Notes: a model not told the origin generated them from the sequence alone. A DNA stretch of 64,000 bases from Flavobacteriales bacterium (GCA_026129465.1 JAHCIA010000001.1:3243583-3307582), one strand, 5' to 3'; counted from the first letter of the stretch, positions 1 through 12,595 are shown. Numbers and translations are program-made.

Positions 1-1
1 G

Positions 2-640
2 ATGGACCTGCTCGGTGTGAAGAGTCTGGGCATCGTGGCGTTGTTGTCTGTCTTCATGGGCGCGGTGATCACGATCCAGACCAGTTCCAACATCGATGCG
101 GCCTGGATCCCCAGCTACGTGGTGGGCTTCACCGCCCGCCAGAGCACCATCCTGGAGTTCAGCCCCACGATCATCTCCCTGATCCTGGCGGGCAAGGTGG
201 GTTCCAACATCGCCGCGGAGATCGGCTCCATGCGTGTGAAGGAGCAGATCGACGCGCTGGACATCATGGGTGTGAACTCGGCGGGCTACCTCATCCTGCC
301 CAAGATCGTGGCCTCCATGCTCATGAACCCCTTCCTGGTGATGATCAGCATGTTCCTGAGCATCTTCGGCGGCTGGCTCGCGGGGGTGGGCACGGGCATC
401 GTCAGTTCGGTGGACTACATCCAGGGCATCCAGTGGGATTTCGATCCCTACACCGTCACCTACGCCCTGATCAAGACGGTGGTCTTCGCCTTCATCATCG
501 CCACGGTGGCGGCCTACCAGGGCTACTACACCAGGGGTGGCACGCGCGAGGTGGGCATCAGCAGCACGCGGGCGGTGGTCTACAGCAATGTGGTGATCCT
601 GATCGCCAACTACGCCCTCACCCAGATGTTGCTGATATGA
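2..640 (+). CDS. mlaE: ABC transporter permease MlaE/YrbE family (5'-partial at window edge)
   Basis: ORF 2..640. Multi-TM protein with the MlaE signature region (IDALDIMGVNS...YLILPKIVA). Its stop overlaps the start of the following ATPase (ATGA). Confidence 0.8.
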   Translation: MDLLGVKSLGIVALLSVFMGAVITIQTSSNIDAAWIPSYVVGFTARQSTILEFSPTIISLILAGKVGSNIAAEIGSMRVKEQIDALDIMGVNSAGYLILPKIVASMLMNPFLVMISMFLSIFGGWLAGVGTGIVSSVDYIQGIQWDFDPYTVTYALIKTVVFAFIIATVAAYQGYYTRGGTREVGISSTRAVVYSNVVILIANYALTQMLLI

Positions 641-1398
641 TCCAGGTGGAGGGCCTCAGCAAAAGGTTCGGCGAGCTCCAGGTGCTCACGGACATCAACG
701 CCAACTTCGCCAAGGGCCAGGTGAATCAGGTGATCGGCAAGAGCGGGTCGGGCAAGAGTGTGCTGGCCAAGTGCATCGTGGGCCTGCACAGACCCGAGGA
801 GGGCCGTGTGCTCTATGAAGGCCGGTCCTTCCACGAGATGGACGAGAAGGAGAAGCGCGGCATCCGCCAGGAGATCGGGATGCTCTTCCAGGGCTCGGCG
901 CTCTTCGACAGCATGACCGTGCTGGAGAACGTGATGTTCCCGCTGAGCATGTTCGGTGAAATGCCGCGCAGCGAGATGGCCGACCGGGCCCACGATTGCC
1001 TCAAACGGGTGAACATCATCGACAAGGATGGGCTGTTCCCCGCCCAGATCAGCGGTGGCATGCAGAAGCGCGTCGGCATCGCCCGCGCCATCGCCATGAA
1101 CCCCAAGTACCTCTTCTGCGACGAGCCCAACAGCGGCCTCGATCCACAGACGAGCATCCTCATCGACGACCTGATCAAGGAGATCACCGAGGAATACGAC
1201 ATGACCACCATCGTCATCACCCACGACATGAACTCGGTGATGGAGACGGGCGAGAACATCATCTTCATCCACCAGGGCCGCAAGTGGTGGGAGGGCGATC
1301 GCCAGGCGCTGCTGAACAGCGACAATCCCGAACTGAATGAGTTCGTATTCGCCGGCTCGCTCATGCGGCAGGTGAAGCAGGCGATGGAGAGGGGGTGA
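637..1398 (+). CDS. mlaF: ABC transporter ATP-binding protein MlaF-like
   Basis: Start taken as the ATG at 637 (MIQVEGLSKRF) inside the longer ORF 433..1398. Walker A (GKSGSGKS), ABC signature (ISGGMQKRV) and Walker B (LFCDEP) are all present. Confidence 0.85.
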   Translation: MIQVEGLSKRFGELQVLTDINANFAKGQVNQVIGKSGSGKSVLAKCIVGLHRPEEGRVLYEGRSFHEMDEKEKRGIRQEIGMLFQGSALFDSMTVLENVMFPLSMFGEMPRSEMADRAHDCLKRVNIIDKDGLFPAQISGGMQKRVGIARAIAMNPKYLFCDEPNSGLDPQTSILIDDLIKEITEEYDMTTIVITHDMNSVMETGENIIFIHQGRKWWEGDRQALLNSDNPELNEFVFAGSLMRQVKQAMERG

Positions 1399-1523
1399 GC
1401 GGAAGTCGAGTGGTTGGAGGTTGGCAGGTCGATGGTCGTTCCCAATGGACGTCCATTGACGAAATGGTCCTGACGAACCCCCAACCTGCGCAAGTTCAAC
1501 TCGTCAACCTCCACGAACAAGAA

Positions 1524-1554
1524 CCCCCGCGCCGCCGAGTGGCGGACGCGGGGG
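1524..1554. terminator. GC-rich hairpin between convergent mlaF and T9SS cargo gene
   Basis: The sequence cccccgcg-ccgcc-gagt-ggcgg-a-cgcggggg forms an approximately 13-bp interrupted stem. It lies 26-56 nt past the stop of the minus-strand gene that ends at 1580. Confidence 0.4.
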
Positions 1555-1579
1555 GTCCAAGCAGGACCTGATCCGCCGA

Positions 1580-3448
1580 TCAGTGCAGCGTGATGCGCTG
1601 CGTGGCGGTGGCGCTGAGCGTGGAAACGCGCACCAGGTAAACACCGCTCGCGTGGCCCGCGAGATCGATGATGCCGCTGCCCGCGATACGCTCGGTCCGC
1701 ACCAGGCGGCCCGTGGGGTCAAGCACCTCCACCAGGTGGTTCTCCGTGCCATCCGAGCGGAAGTTCAGGATGCCATTCGTGGGGTTGGGGAACAGGCTCA
1801 CGCCCAGGGTGGCGTCCAACTCGGCCACGGAGATCGTGGGGTCGGTGACGAGGCGGATGGCCGCCGCGTTGCCGTTGGTGTAGACCTGGTCGTTGGGGAT
1901 GTAGATGAGGCTGGACAGCGCAGGTTGCGTGGCGGTGAGATCGTTCAGGATGCGCACATCGCTGACGTTGCCGTTGCTGTACATCTCCACGCCGGCGTAG
2001 TAGGGGCCGGGTTGCAGAAGCACGGGGAAGTCGAAGGCCAGTGTGAGGATGCCGTTGGTCACATCCCCCGCAGTGAGGTCGTAGCCAACGGTCTCATCGA
2101 TGGGCGAGGTCACCTGGTCGTTGAGGATGTTGTCCTCGTGGTGCAGCGTGCCATAAAGCAGCGCCCCCGGCACGCTGGTGGTGGTGATCGCCACTTCCAG
2201 GCCGGTCACGTACATCGGGGTTCGCACATCGTAATAGGCGAACATCATGAAGCCATCACTGCCATCGGTAAAGCTGTTGGTGCCAAGAGAACCGACCGAC
2301 TCATAGCCTGGCGGGTGGTTGCCCAGCCCATCCAGCGAGAAGCGCAGCGGGTTCACCTCCATGGTCCGGATGTAGACGTTGTTGGCGAAGTTCACACCGC
2401 TCTGTTCCTGATCGCTGGTCACGGTGAATACCGCGGAGTAGAGGCCGGGTGCAAGGGTGGGGATGTTCACCGACTGGTCCATGAGTGCGGTCTGGCCCGA
2501 GGCCATCGTACCGGCATTCACGTTGGCACTGGCCACCACGTTGCTCTGCGGATCCAGCAGTTGCATGTTCACGGTCACGCCGGTCTGTTGGGCATAGCCG
2601 AAGTTCATGTACTCGCCGCCCACCTGCAGCGTGGTGCCGAGCTGGTTGGCGGGGATGCGGCCGTATTGTTCGCCGGTGGCCACCTGGCTCACTAAGGCGC
2701 TGTTCATCACCACATCGTTCTCGGGCTGTTCCACGATGGCCACGTCATCCACGAACCAGGCATAGCCCCACACACCGGTCCAATGGAAGCGCACCCACAC
2801 CTGGGATTGCCCGCCGGCGGCCTGCGAGATGTTGATGCGCACCTTGGTGGGGTTGTTCACGGGCGCCTGGACTTCCATGCCGGGCCACACGTGGAAAACG
2901 TTGGGCATGCCGCTGATATCGGTCTGCGGGGTGAGGGCCGGCCAATCCGTGTTGTTGGTGCTGATCACCACGTAGCACTCCTCGTTGGTCCACTTGCGGT
3001 AGAATGACTCGAACTCGAGCACCACGTACGGATAGCCCGAGAGATCGATCGGTGCCGCCGTGGTCATGTGGCTGCTTTCGGCGATGCCAGAGTTGTTGTT
3101 GAAGGCATCGGAATCGATCATTGCGCAGCCGTTGTCGTAGGTCGTGCTCTGTATGGTGGCGATGGGATAATCGCCTGTGCATTGCAGACCCACACCGATC
3201 TGCCATGGCACAGGCGGCGTGTTGGGGAAATTGCCGGTGACCCAGGTGCTGGGATCGGAGAGATCGTCGGACCACAGGGCGCCGCCTCCGCCACCGCGTT
3301 CCGCGGGTGCTTCGGGGATGCCGCGGTCAAGCGAGGGGGCCACCCGGTTCTGGATGGGAATGTGCGGGCCATTCAGGGCTTTGGATTGCGCCAGCACGGT
3401 ACCGCCAGCGAAAAGGATCGCCAGGATCGAAGCGTATGATCTTTTCAT
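1580..3448 (-). CDS. T9SS-secreted protein, paralog A (choice-of-anchor-J/MAM-like N-domain, CARDB-like middle, type-A T9SS C-terminal sorting domain)
   Basis: ORF 1580..3496 with the start moved to M17 (MKRSYASILAILFAGGTVLAQ signal peptide). The C-terminal ~75 aa (FPNPTNGILNF...VYLVRVSTLSATATQRITLH) match the T9SS CTD pattern. The internal block W..RFHW...W..DDV is shared with the next two genes. Confidence 0.7.
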   Translation of the reverse strand: MKRSYASILAILFAGGTVLAQSKALNGPHIPIQNRVAPSLDRGIPEAPAERGGGGGALWSDDLSDPSTWVTGNFPNTPPVPWQIGVGLQCTGDYPIATIQSTTYDNGCAMIDSDAFNNNSGIAESSHMTTAAPIDLSGYPYVVLEFESFYRKWTNEECYVVISTNNTDWPALTPQTDISGMPNVFHVWPGMEVQAPVNNPTKVRINISQAAGGQSQVWVRFHWTGVWGYAWFVDDVAIVEQPENDVVMNSALVSQVATGEQYGRIPANQLGTTLQVGGEYMNFGYAQQTGVTVNMQLLDPQSNVVASANVNAGTMASGQTALMDQSVNIPTLAPGLYSAVFTVTSDQEQSGVNFANNVYIRTMEVNPLRFSLDGLGNHPPGYESVGSLGTNSFTDGSDGFMMFAYYDVRTPMYVTGLEVAITTTSVPGALLYGTLHHEDNILNDQVTSPIDETVGYDLTAGDVTNGILTLAFDFPVLLQPGPYYAGVEMYSNGNVSDVRILNDLTATQPALSSLIYIPNDQVYTNGNAAAIRLVTDPTISVAELDATLGVSLFPNPTNGILNFRSDGTENHLVEVLDPTGRLVRTERIAGSGIIDLAGHASGVYLVRVSTLSATATQRITLH

Positions 3449-3546
3449 CGGTGCAGGGATTTGGTTCGACAGAGGGTGCAGAACAAATATGACCATTCAA
3501 GTCCCGGCATCCAACCGATTCCGGTCATCCGCCATGAATGCGAAGG

Positions 3547-3570
3547 GCCGCCCCCAGCGGGGCGGCCCTT
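3547..3570 (-). terminator. Hairpin downstream of T9SS cargo paralog B
   Basis: Perfect 10-bp GC stem (gggccgcccc / ggggcggccc) with a 4-nt loop. It lies about 30 nt past the minus-strand stop at 3598 and is followed on the minus strand by a U-containing tract. Confidence 0.4.
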
Positions 3571-3597
3571 CCAACGTGGCTATTCGGTCCTGGCCGA

Positions 3598-5526
3598 TCA
3601 GCGTACCACGGCCATCCGCTTGGTGCTGCGCGCACCATCCACGGTCAGCGTGTAGGTGTACATGCCTTGCGGCAGCAAACCCGTGTCGATGTCCATGCGG
3701 TAGTCGCCCGCGCCTTGGGTGCCGAAGAAGTTCTCCATCACCAGCTTGCCGCTGAGGTCGTGCATCTGGAAGGATACGTTCCCAGGACGCTCCAGCACGT
3801 AGGGTATGGTGGTCACATCGCTGGTGGGGTTGGGCATGTTCTGGCCCAGGCCGAAACCGGCGGCCATGTCCATTTCCTCCACCGAGACGTTCGATGGTGT
3901 CATGCGCAGACGCACCATGGGGATGAAGTTCAGGTAGAACCAGGTGGTGACGTTGGGGTGGTACACGATGGAAGACACCGGGAGCGCGAAGCCGCTGGTG
4001 GCCACGCGGGTGCGCAGGTCGCCGCCATAAGTGCGCACGCACACGGCGTATTCGACCCCCGCCTCCAACTGTATCGGTGCGAGCAGGTCCAGGTCGTAGA
4101 AGATGGCCTGTCCATTGGGCGTGAGTTCGGCGGTGTTCTGCACGGCCACGATGTCCGTCTCGCCCACGATCTGCGGGGGATCGGTGTCGAAGCGGTAGAT
4201 CACCCCGTCGAAAGCGGCGCCCACCTGGGTGCCGGGAGTGGCCCCTGCCGCACGTGCCAAGGCGATCTGCACCCCATGCGCGGTGGCCGTATTCTCGATC
4301 CAGTACAGGTTGCCCGCGTGGTACTCCGGCCATTGGCCACCGCTTTGTGCGCGGTCATAGGCATTGTCGCGTGCGTTGTTGTCGTACGCATAGATGCCGG
4401 GCGATACGCGGAAGCGGCGCTCAGCCGTGTTGTCCACCGTGCGCTCATCGGGCACGCTCATGCTCAGGTTGTAGTTCACCTTGTACTCGCCTTCCACAGC
4501 CGGAGGTGTGAAGTCCGAGCGGAGGTTGTTCGTCACCACCGCCTGGGCGAGGCTGGCCACGGAAGGATCGGCGTTGAAGACAGGGGCGTTCGCCGGATCG
4601 AGCACCTGCAGGTCGAGCGCCACGTTGTTGGCGACGTTGGAACCCTCGTTGCGCACGGGGCTGCCAAGGCTAAGCGGGCGCAGCTGGCTGTAAGGATAGA
4701 TCGTGTAGGGCAGCACATCGGTGAAGGAGTCGAACACCACGAAGTTGGCGATCCGGGGATCCACCAGACCCACATCATTGTCGTAGCTCTCGTACACATA
4801 TACATCGTCGATCTGCCAGTGGTAGTGGCTCAAGTTGCCTGTGGCCGAACCTTCATGTGCCCAACGGATGCGCACGTTGCCGGGGTTGGAGGCGATGAAG
4901 GAGTGCAGGTTCACACGCATCGTGTAAGTGCCGGGGTCCAGGTTCACGAACTGGTCCTTGATCGCCTCTATGCGCGTGGGCCAGGTGGCGCCGCCGTCGG
5001 TGCTCACATCCACAAAGTGGCCCGAAGCGCCCGAGCAGCACCAACGCAGGCGTTGGGTCCACTCCAAGTGCGCATAAGGCGTGGTGCTCAGATCCATCAC
5101 GGGCGACACCAGGTAGCCATCCCAAGTGACACAGCTGTTGGTGTTCACACAGCCGTTGTTGGCCAGGTTGCTGTCGAAGATCATGAAGCCATTGGCCACC
5201 GATGCGCTCTGGATGCGTTCTGCGGTGCTGCTGAAATCGCCATTGGGGCCGTCGGTGTCATAAAGCCAGGTGGAACCGTGCGGACCTGTTGTGGTCCAGG
5301 CGCCAAGGGGTGTGTTGCCCGCCAGGCCGTTCGCGAAGTTCTCGTAGAAGAGCACGTCACCACCGGCCTTGGCCATGCCATCGCGCGAAGCGTTGTTCTG
5401 GCCCCAGGGCAGTTCCGCCTCCTCCCAATGGGAGAGCACGGGTTGGATCTGGATCTGCGGGCGCTGCGCATGGACCGTGGCGGCCACCGCCAGCAAAGGC
5501 AGTATCGAAGTGTATCGTAGGGTCAT
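3598..5526 (-). CDS. T9SS-secreted protein, paralog B (choice-of-anchor-J-like, CARDB-like, T9SS CTD)
   Basis: 642-aa ORF. Signal peptide MTLRYTSILPLLAVAATVHAQ. N-domain LFYENFANGL...AWTT. C-terminal CTD (HDLSGKLV...GMYTYTLTVDGARSTKRMAVVR). Confidence 0.7.
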   Translation of the reverse strand: MTLRYTSILPLLAVAATVHAQRPQIQIQPVLSHWEEAELPWGQNNASRDGMAKAGGDVLFYENFANGLAGNTPLGAWTTTGPHGSTWLYDTDGPNGDFSSTAERIQSASVANGFMIFDSNLANNGCVNTNSCVTWDGYLVSPVMDLSTTPYAHLEWTQRLRWCCSGASGHFVDVSTDGGATWPTRIEAIKDQFVNLDPGTYTMRVNLHSFIASNPGNVRIRWAHEGSATGNLSHYHWQIDDVYVYESYDNDVGLVDPRIANFVVFDSFTDVLPYTIYPYSQLRPLSLGSPVRNEGSNVANNVALDLQVLDPANAPVFNADPSVASLAQAVVTNNLRSDFTPPAVEGEYKVNYNLSMSVPDERTVDNTAERRFRVSPGIYAYDNNARDNAYDRAQSGGQWPEYHAGNLYWIENTATAHGVQIALARAAGATPGTQVGAAFDGVIYRFDTDPPQIVGETDIVAVQNTAELTPNGQAIFYDLDLLAPIQLEAGVEYAVCVRTYGGDLRTRVATSGFALPVSSIVYHPNVTTWFYLNFIPMVRLRMTPSNVSVEEMDMAAGFGLGQNMPNPTSDVTTIPYVLERPGNVSFQMHDLSGKLVMENFFGTQGAGDYRMDIDTGLLPQGMYTYTLTVDGARSTKRMAVVR

Positions 5527-5661
5527 CGTCCGTGTTTTTCAGGTTGGATGACGAAGCTAAGCAACAGATGACATCCGGCCGAAAACGGGGGCCGGGCGTT
5601 GGGCAAGTGACCGGATGATCGGAGCACCGTAAGCCCCGGGCCGGGCAATGGGTGCCCCTCA

Positions 5662-7458
5662 TCAAGGGGTCGCCACCACGATGGTGCGTACCAGGCGGAT
5701 CCCCTCGCCTTCGAGGCCCAGCAGGTAGGTGCCCGCGGCAAGCCCACTGACGTCGACGGGCATCTGATGGGAACCCTTGCCGAGTGTGCCATGGCTCCGG
5801 CTCCCCACCTCGCGACCCTGCATGTCACGCATCACCAGGCGCAATGCTGCGGAATGGTCCAGCGTGAACGACACCCAACCGCCACCCTGCATGGGCACGG
5901 GGAACACGTGGAGCGAGTTGACCCTCTCCTCGGACACTTCGGTCACTCCCACGCCATAGTCGGCGAAATGCAGGCGTACCATGGGCGTGGCGAGCATCCA
6001 ACTGAGCAGGAAGTTCGGGCCTTCCATGAAGAAGGCGCCTCCCGCCGCTCCGGAGCCGCTCACAAGCACGTGCACCACGCCGTTGTCCGGATCGCTCAGG
6101 CGCTGCATGCCCACGAAGTAGTCACCGGCCGGCAGGGTGGAAGGGTTGGCGAAGGGCAGGAAGAGCGGCTCGCCTACGGCGATGCGGGCCAGGTCCTCCT
6201 CGCTGATCACATGCCGTGTGCTGGTGTCCACCAAGGCCATGTTCAGGTCCATCAGGATCGCGCGTACGACCGTGCTGTCTTCCGTGCCTGCCCCGAAGAC
6301 GGCGCTGATGCCGGTGGGCGCGGTGCCACCCATGGCCAGTTCCATGCGGTTGCCGGCGATGAACACCTCGTCGCCGCCCACGAAACCCACGGGCTGGTCC
6401 TCGTCACGCGCCATGGCGCCATAGCCATCCGCCCAGTCGGGACCGGTGATGCGCATGGTGGCGTTGCCGCTGTTGTCGGTTTCGTCCAGATCGGCGACGC
6501 CGCCCGACACCGTGACACCCACATTGAGGGTCCCGGTGGTGGAAGGCGTCCAACCCGTGGCGATGGGAAGTATGGCGCTTTCGCCGGGCACAAGCAGCGG
6601 TATCGCTTCACCAGCGAAAGGGCCATGGTCCACGCCCTCGTGGTTGATGACCACCGCAGCGTTCACCTGCGGCATGGGCTGCAGTCCGCGGTTCACCACT
6701 TCCACCGCCACGGTGAGTGGCCCGGCCTGTTCCAAGGGCAACAACCGGTAGCGCAGGCTCTGGTCGCCCATGGTGAAGGGGCTCACGGAAGGGTCGTGTG
6801 TGAAGGCCTGGGCAACGCTGAGGTCATAGGCGAGCCTTTCGCGCAGGCAGATGTCATCCACGGCGAAACCGCTGGCCCATTGGCCGTTGTCGCTCCAGCG
6901 GAAGCGCAGGCGCAAGGCCGGCTGTCCGTCGAAGGCGGAAAGGTTCACCACCAGGTCCCGCCAGCCCCCCGGTTGTGCCGGCACCAGGGCCATGGTGATC
7001 CAGCTGGTGCCGTCGATGCTCGCTTCCACGTAGGCCGGCCCACCGCCCAGGGTCTGTTCATGGAACACGCGGCATTCGAGGGCTGTGCCACTGCGGCCGC
7101 CGAGGTCTATCGCCTGTGCGGTGATCGCCACCTGCTGCATGTCGCAGTTGCAGGGCGGCGCATCGTCATTGGCCATGGCGAAGCGGTTGCCGGCGGGCAG
7201 GTCGGGCACGGGGAAGAAGCCGCCCGCGTTGGCCTGCAGGGCATTGCCCACCGTCCAGGCGGGCACGAATTCTCCCAGACCGCTGCCATCGGCGGTCTGG
7301 CGCTCCACCTGCGGGCCGATGTCCCAACCGGCCGGGATGGTGCCGTCCTCGAAATCGACGCTGAAGAAGCAGGGCTGGGCCTTGGCTTGCGCATGGGCCC
7401 GGTGGCCCATGATCATCAGCGGGATCGCGGAGAGGAGCGTGAAGGATAGGGTGCGCAT
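5662..7458 (-). CDS. T9SS-secreted protein, paralog C (choice-of-anchor-J-like, CARDB-like, T9SS CTD)
   Basis: ORF 5662..7461 starts with TTG then ATG. Signal peptide MRTLSFTLLSAIPLMIMGHRAHA. FFSVDFEDGTIPAGWD motif. CARDB-like DLDETDNSGNATMRI. T9SS CTD at the C-terminus. Confidence 0.7.
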   Translation of the reverse strand: MRTLSFTLLSAIPLMIMGHRAHAQAKAQPCFFSVDFEDGTIPAGWDIGPQVERQTADGSGLGEFVPAWTVGNALQANAGGFFPVPDLPAGNRFAMANDDAPPCNCDMQQVAITAQAIDLGGRSGTALECRVFHEQTLGGGPAYVEASIDGTSWITMALVPAQPGGWRDLVVNLSAFDGQPALRLRFRWSDNGQWASGFAVDDICLRERLAYDLSVAQAFTHDPSVSPFTMGDQSLRYRLLPLEQAGPLTVAVEVVNRGLQPMPQVNAAVVINHEGVDHGPFAGEAIPLLVPGESAILPIATGWTPSTTGTLNVGVTVSGGVADLDETDNSGNATMRITGPDWADGYGAMARDEDQPVGFVGGDEVFIAGNRMELAMGGTAPTGISAVFGAGTEDSTVVRAILMDLNMALVDTSTRHVISEEDLARIAVGEPLFLPFANPSTLPAGDYFVGMQRLSDPDNGVVHVLVSGSGAAGGAFFMEGPNFLLSWMLATPMVRLHFADYGVGVTEVSEERVNSLHVFPVPMQGGGWVSFTLDHSAALRLVMRDMQGREVGSRSHGTLGKGSHQMPVDVSGLAAGTYLLGLEGEGIRLVRTIVVATP

Positions 7459-7561
7459 CAATGCTTGGTCCCGGCCACAGGGGGCAGGAGGGGGGCGAAT
7501 TTACCGGACCTGCGCCGGGCGTACCCTGCGCATGCCTCATACCTCATCAGGCGATGCCCCT

Positions 7562-10426
<2,865 letters not shown>

Positions 10427-10454
10427 GTGTGGGAAGGTGTGTGCGAAAAGCCCG

Positions 10455-10462
10455 CAAATATA
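10455..10462 (-). promoter_or_regulatory. Bacteroidota-type -7 element (TAtaTTTG) upstream of gcvP
   Basis: The minus strand reads TATATTTG about 29 nt upstream of the gcvP ATG. This matches the Bacteroidetes sigma-A -7 consensus TAnnTTTG. Confidence 0.3.
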
Positions 10463-10581
10463 CCCGCCGGCATGTGCGCGGAAGGTCGCGTGCCCATGTG
10501 CGGAACACCGCTCCGCTTAGCCTGTTCGCGCTGGATGCCCCGGCTATCTTTGGCGCCGTCCGTGCCAAGCGGACGGTCTCC

Positions 10582-11238
10582 ATGACAAGGTCCCTGCTCC
10601 TGCTGTTCGCCTGTGCCACCGGCATGGCGGTGATGGCGCAGGACGGGAGCCGGCCCCAAGCTCCCAAGCTGGATCGCATCCTGCTGATGAACGGCCAGAT
10701 CATTGACGCGCGGGTGGTGGGCCAGAGCACGCTGGAGGTGCGCTACCTGGAGGAGACGCGCAGGGGCCGGAAGGAGCGCGCCGAACCCACCGAGAGCGTC
10801 TTCAGCGTCACTGACACCCTGGGCCGCGAGCGCATCTGGTATTTCTTCGACACGGTCTTCGGCAATGACCTCACCGTGGAGCAGATGCGCTGGTTCATCA
10901 AGGGTGAACAGGACGCGCGCCGGGGCTACAAACCGCTCTGGCCCATGCTGGGCGGTTTCCTCACAGGTGCGGGGGTCACCATCGCCCTGGACCTGGAAGT
11001 GAACTCCCTGCTCATTCCACCGGTGTACGCGGGTGCCATGGCCTTCCCGCGCGTGCACGTCACCAAGGGTTCCATCAGCGACCCGCTCATGGAGGGCGAT
11101 GAGTTCTATGCCTATGGCTATGCCAAGGTGGGCCGCAGCAAGCGCGTGGTGCGGTCGTTGATCGCCACGGCGGCGGGTGTCGCCACGGGGCTCTTCGTAA
11201 GGCAGGTGCTCATCAATCCCAACCTCTCGGAACGATAG
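10582..11238 (+). CDS. Hypothetical secreted protein
   Basis: ORF 10429..11238 with the start moved to M52 (MTRSLLLLFACATGMAVMAQ signal peptide). No recognisable family. Confidence 0.45.
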   Translation: MTRSLLLLFACATGMAVMAQDGSRPQAPKLDRILLMNGQIIDARVVGQSTLEVRYLEETRRGRKERAEPTESVFSVTDTLGRERIWYFFDTVFGNDLTVEQMRWFIKGEQDARRGYKPLWPMLGGFLTGAGVTIALDLEVNSLLIPPVYAGAMAFPRVHVTKGSISDPLMEGDEFYAYGYAKVGRSKRVVRSLIATAAGVATGLFVRQVLINPNLSER

Positions 11239-11292
11239 GCTGTCGTCGGTCGGATCGCGAAGGCACGGTCGCGGCTACTTTCGCCGTAGTTC

Positions 11293-12570
11293 ATGAGCAC
11301 CTTCGAGAACACCCTCGCTTTCGCACGGTCCCGCGACGCCGCCGATCCCCTGCGGGCATTCCGCCAGGAGTTCCACTTCCCACAGCATGAGGGGCGTGAC
11401 GTCCTCTACTTCACCGGCAACTCGTTGGGCCTGCAGCCGAAGTCCGCTGCCGAAGCGCTGAAGCAGGAGCTGGGCGACTGGGCACGCCATGGGGTGGAGG
11501 GGCATTTCCACGCGAAGCACCCATGGTACAGCTACCACGAGGAACTTACGCCCATGCTGGCCCGGCTGGTGGGTGCGCTGCCTGAAGAGGTGGTGGCCAT
11601 GAACCAGCTTACCAGCAACCTGCACTTCCTGATGGTGTCGTTCTACAGACCATCAGGGAAGCGGAGGATGATCCTCACCGAAACGCGGCCCTTCCCCAGC
11701 GACACTTACGCCTTCGCTTCGCAGATCGCCTACCACGGCGGTGATCCGGAAAAGGATCTGGTCGAAGTACAACCCCGCGCTGGCGAACACACCCTGCGCA
11801 CCGAGGACATCGTTGCGCGGATCAACGAACTGGGTGATGAGCTCGCGCTGGTCTGCTTCGGCGGTGTCAACTTCTACACGGGCCAGGCCTTCGACATGGC
11901 CGCCATCACCCAGGCCGTGCACCATGTGGGTGCGGTTGCGGGCTTCGACCTGGCGCATGCGGCCGGCAACCTGCACCTGAAACTCCATGACTGGAATGTG
12001 GACTTCGCCTGCTGGTGCAGCTACAAGTACCTCAACAGCGGACCCGGCAGTGTGGCCGGCGCATTCGTTCACCAGCGGCATCTGGGCAAAGGCCTGCCGC
12101 TTTTCGCCGGCTGGTGGGGCCATGACAAGGCTGAGCGGTTCAAGATGGAGCGCACCTTCAAGCCCATGCCCACGGCCGAAGCCTGGCAGGTGAGCAACGC
12201 GTCGGTGTTCGGCATGGCCGTGCACCGCGTGGCCCTGGAGCAGTTCGATCGCGCCGGTATCGCGAACCTGCGCGCCAAGAGCGAGCAACTCACCATGTAC
12301 CTCGAGTTCGTCATCACCGAAGTGGCGCAGGCGACCAACACCAAGCTGGAGATCATCACCCCCAGCGATCCCACCCAGCGCGGCGCCCAGCTCAGCATCC
12401 TCGCGCATGGCCATGGAAGGAACCTCTTCGACGGACTCACGCGCTGCGGCGTTGCTGCAGATTGGCGGGAACCCAACGTGATCCGCGTGGCCCCTGTGCC
12501 GATGTACAACAGCTTCGAGGATGTGTGGCGGTTCGGCCAGATGCTGCGAACATGTATTGTCCGCAACTGA
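11293..12570 (+). CDS. kynU: Kynureninase (PLP-dependent)
   Basis: 425-aa ORF. Full-length kynureninase-like sequence (FTGNSLGLQPK..., SYKYLNSGPG PLP-lysine region). Confidence 0.85.
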   Translation: MSTFENTLAFARSRDAADPLRAFRQEFHFPQHEGRDVLYFTGNSLGLQPKSAAEALKQELGDWARHGVEGHFHAKHPWYSYHEELTPMLARLVGALPEEVVAMNQLTSNLHFLMVSFYRPSGKRRMILTETRPFPSDTYAFASQIAYHGGDPEKDLVEVQPRAGEHTLRTEDIVARINELGDELALVCFGGVNFYTGQAFDMAAITQAVHHVGAVAGFDLAHAAGNLHLKLHDWNVDFACWCSYKYLNSGPGSVAGAFVHQRHLGKGLPLFAGWWGHDKAERFKMERTFKPMPTAEAWQVSNASVFGMAVHRVALEQFDRAGIANLRAKSEQLTMYLEFVITEVAQATNTKLEIITPSDPTQRGAQLSILAHGHGRNLFDGLTRCGVAADWREPNVIRVAPVPMYNSFEDVWRFGQMLRTCIVRN

Positions 12571-12595
12571 TGGTCGACCGATTATCCGATCCCCC

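Noticed and set aside
433-1398. N-terminal 68-codon extension of the mlaF ORF, and the similar upstream extensions of the amidohydrolase ORF (18498..) and the nif3, birA, upp, psd and carB ORFs.
   Set aside because: The extensions overlap the preceding gene in another frame and encode low-complexity sequence. The conserved protein N-termini start at internal ATGs that sit in translational-coupling position.
3538-5520. Long plus-strand ORF (660 aa) and similar antisense ORFs: 1583..2695, 5767..7449, 7085..8923, 9005..10585, 15668..17422, 17468..18556, 20798..22732, 24000..24803, 27482..29179, 30824..31831, 32495..33442, 39364..41823, 44308..45492, 47242..49278, 54375..56255, 60864..62756.
   Set aside because: Each lies antisense to a gene with a clear conserved product. 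Their translations are Arg/Ala/Gly/His/Pro-rich low-complexity strings with no motifs, as expected for shadow ORFs in about 66% GC DNA.
10427-10581. Possible glycine riboswitch in the gcvP leader.
   Set aside because: The -7 promoter motif leaves only about 29 nt of 5' UTR. No GGAGA...ACCGAAGGGGCAA-type aptamer core is present.
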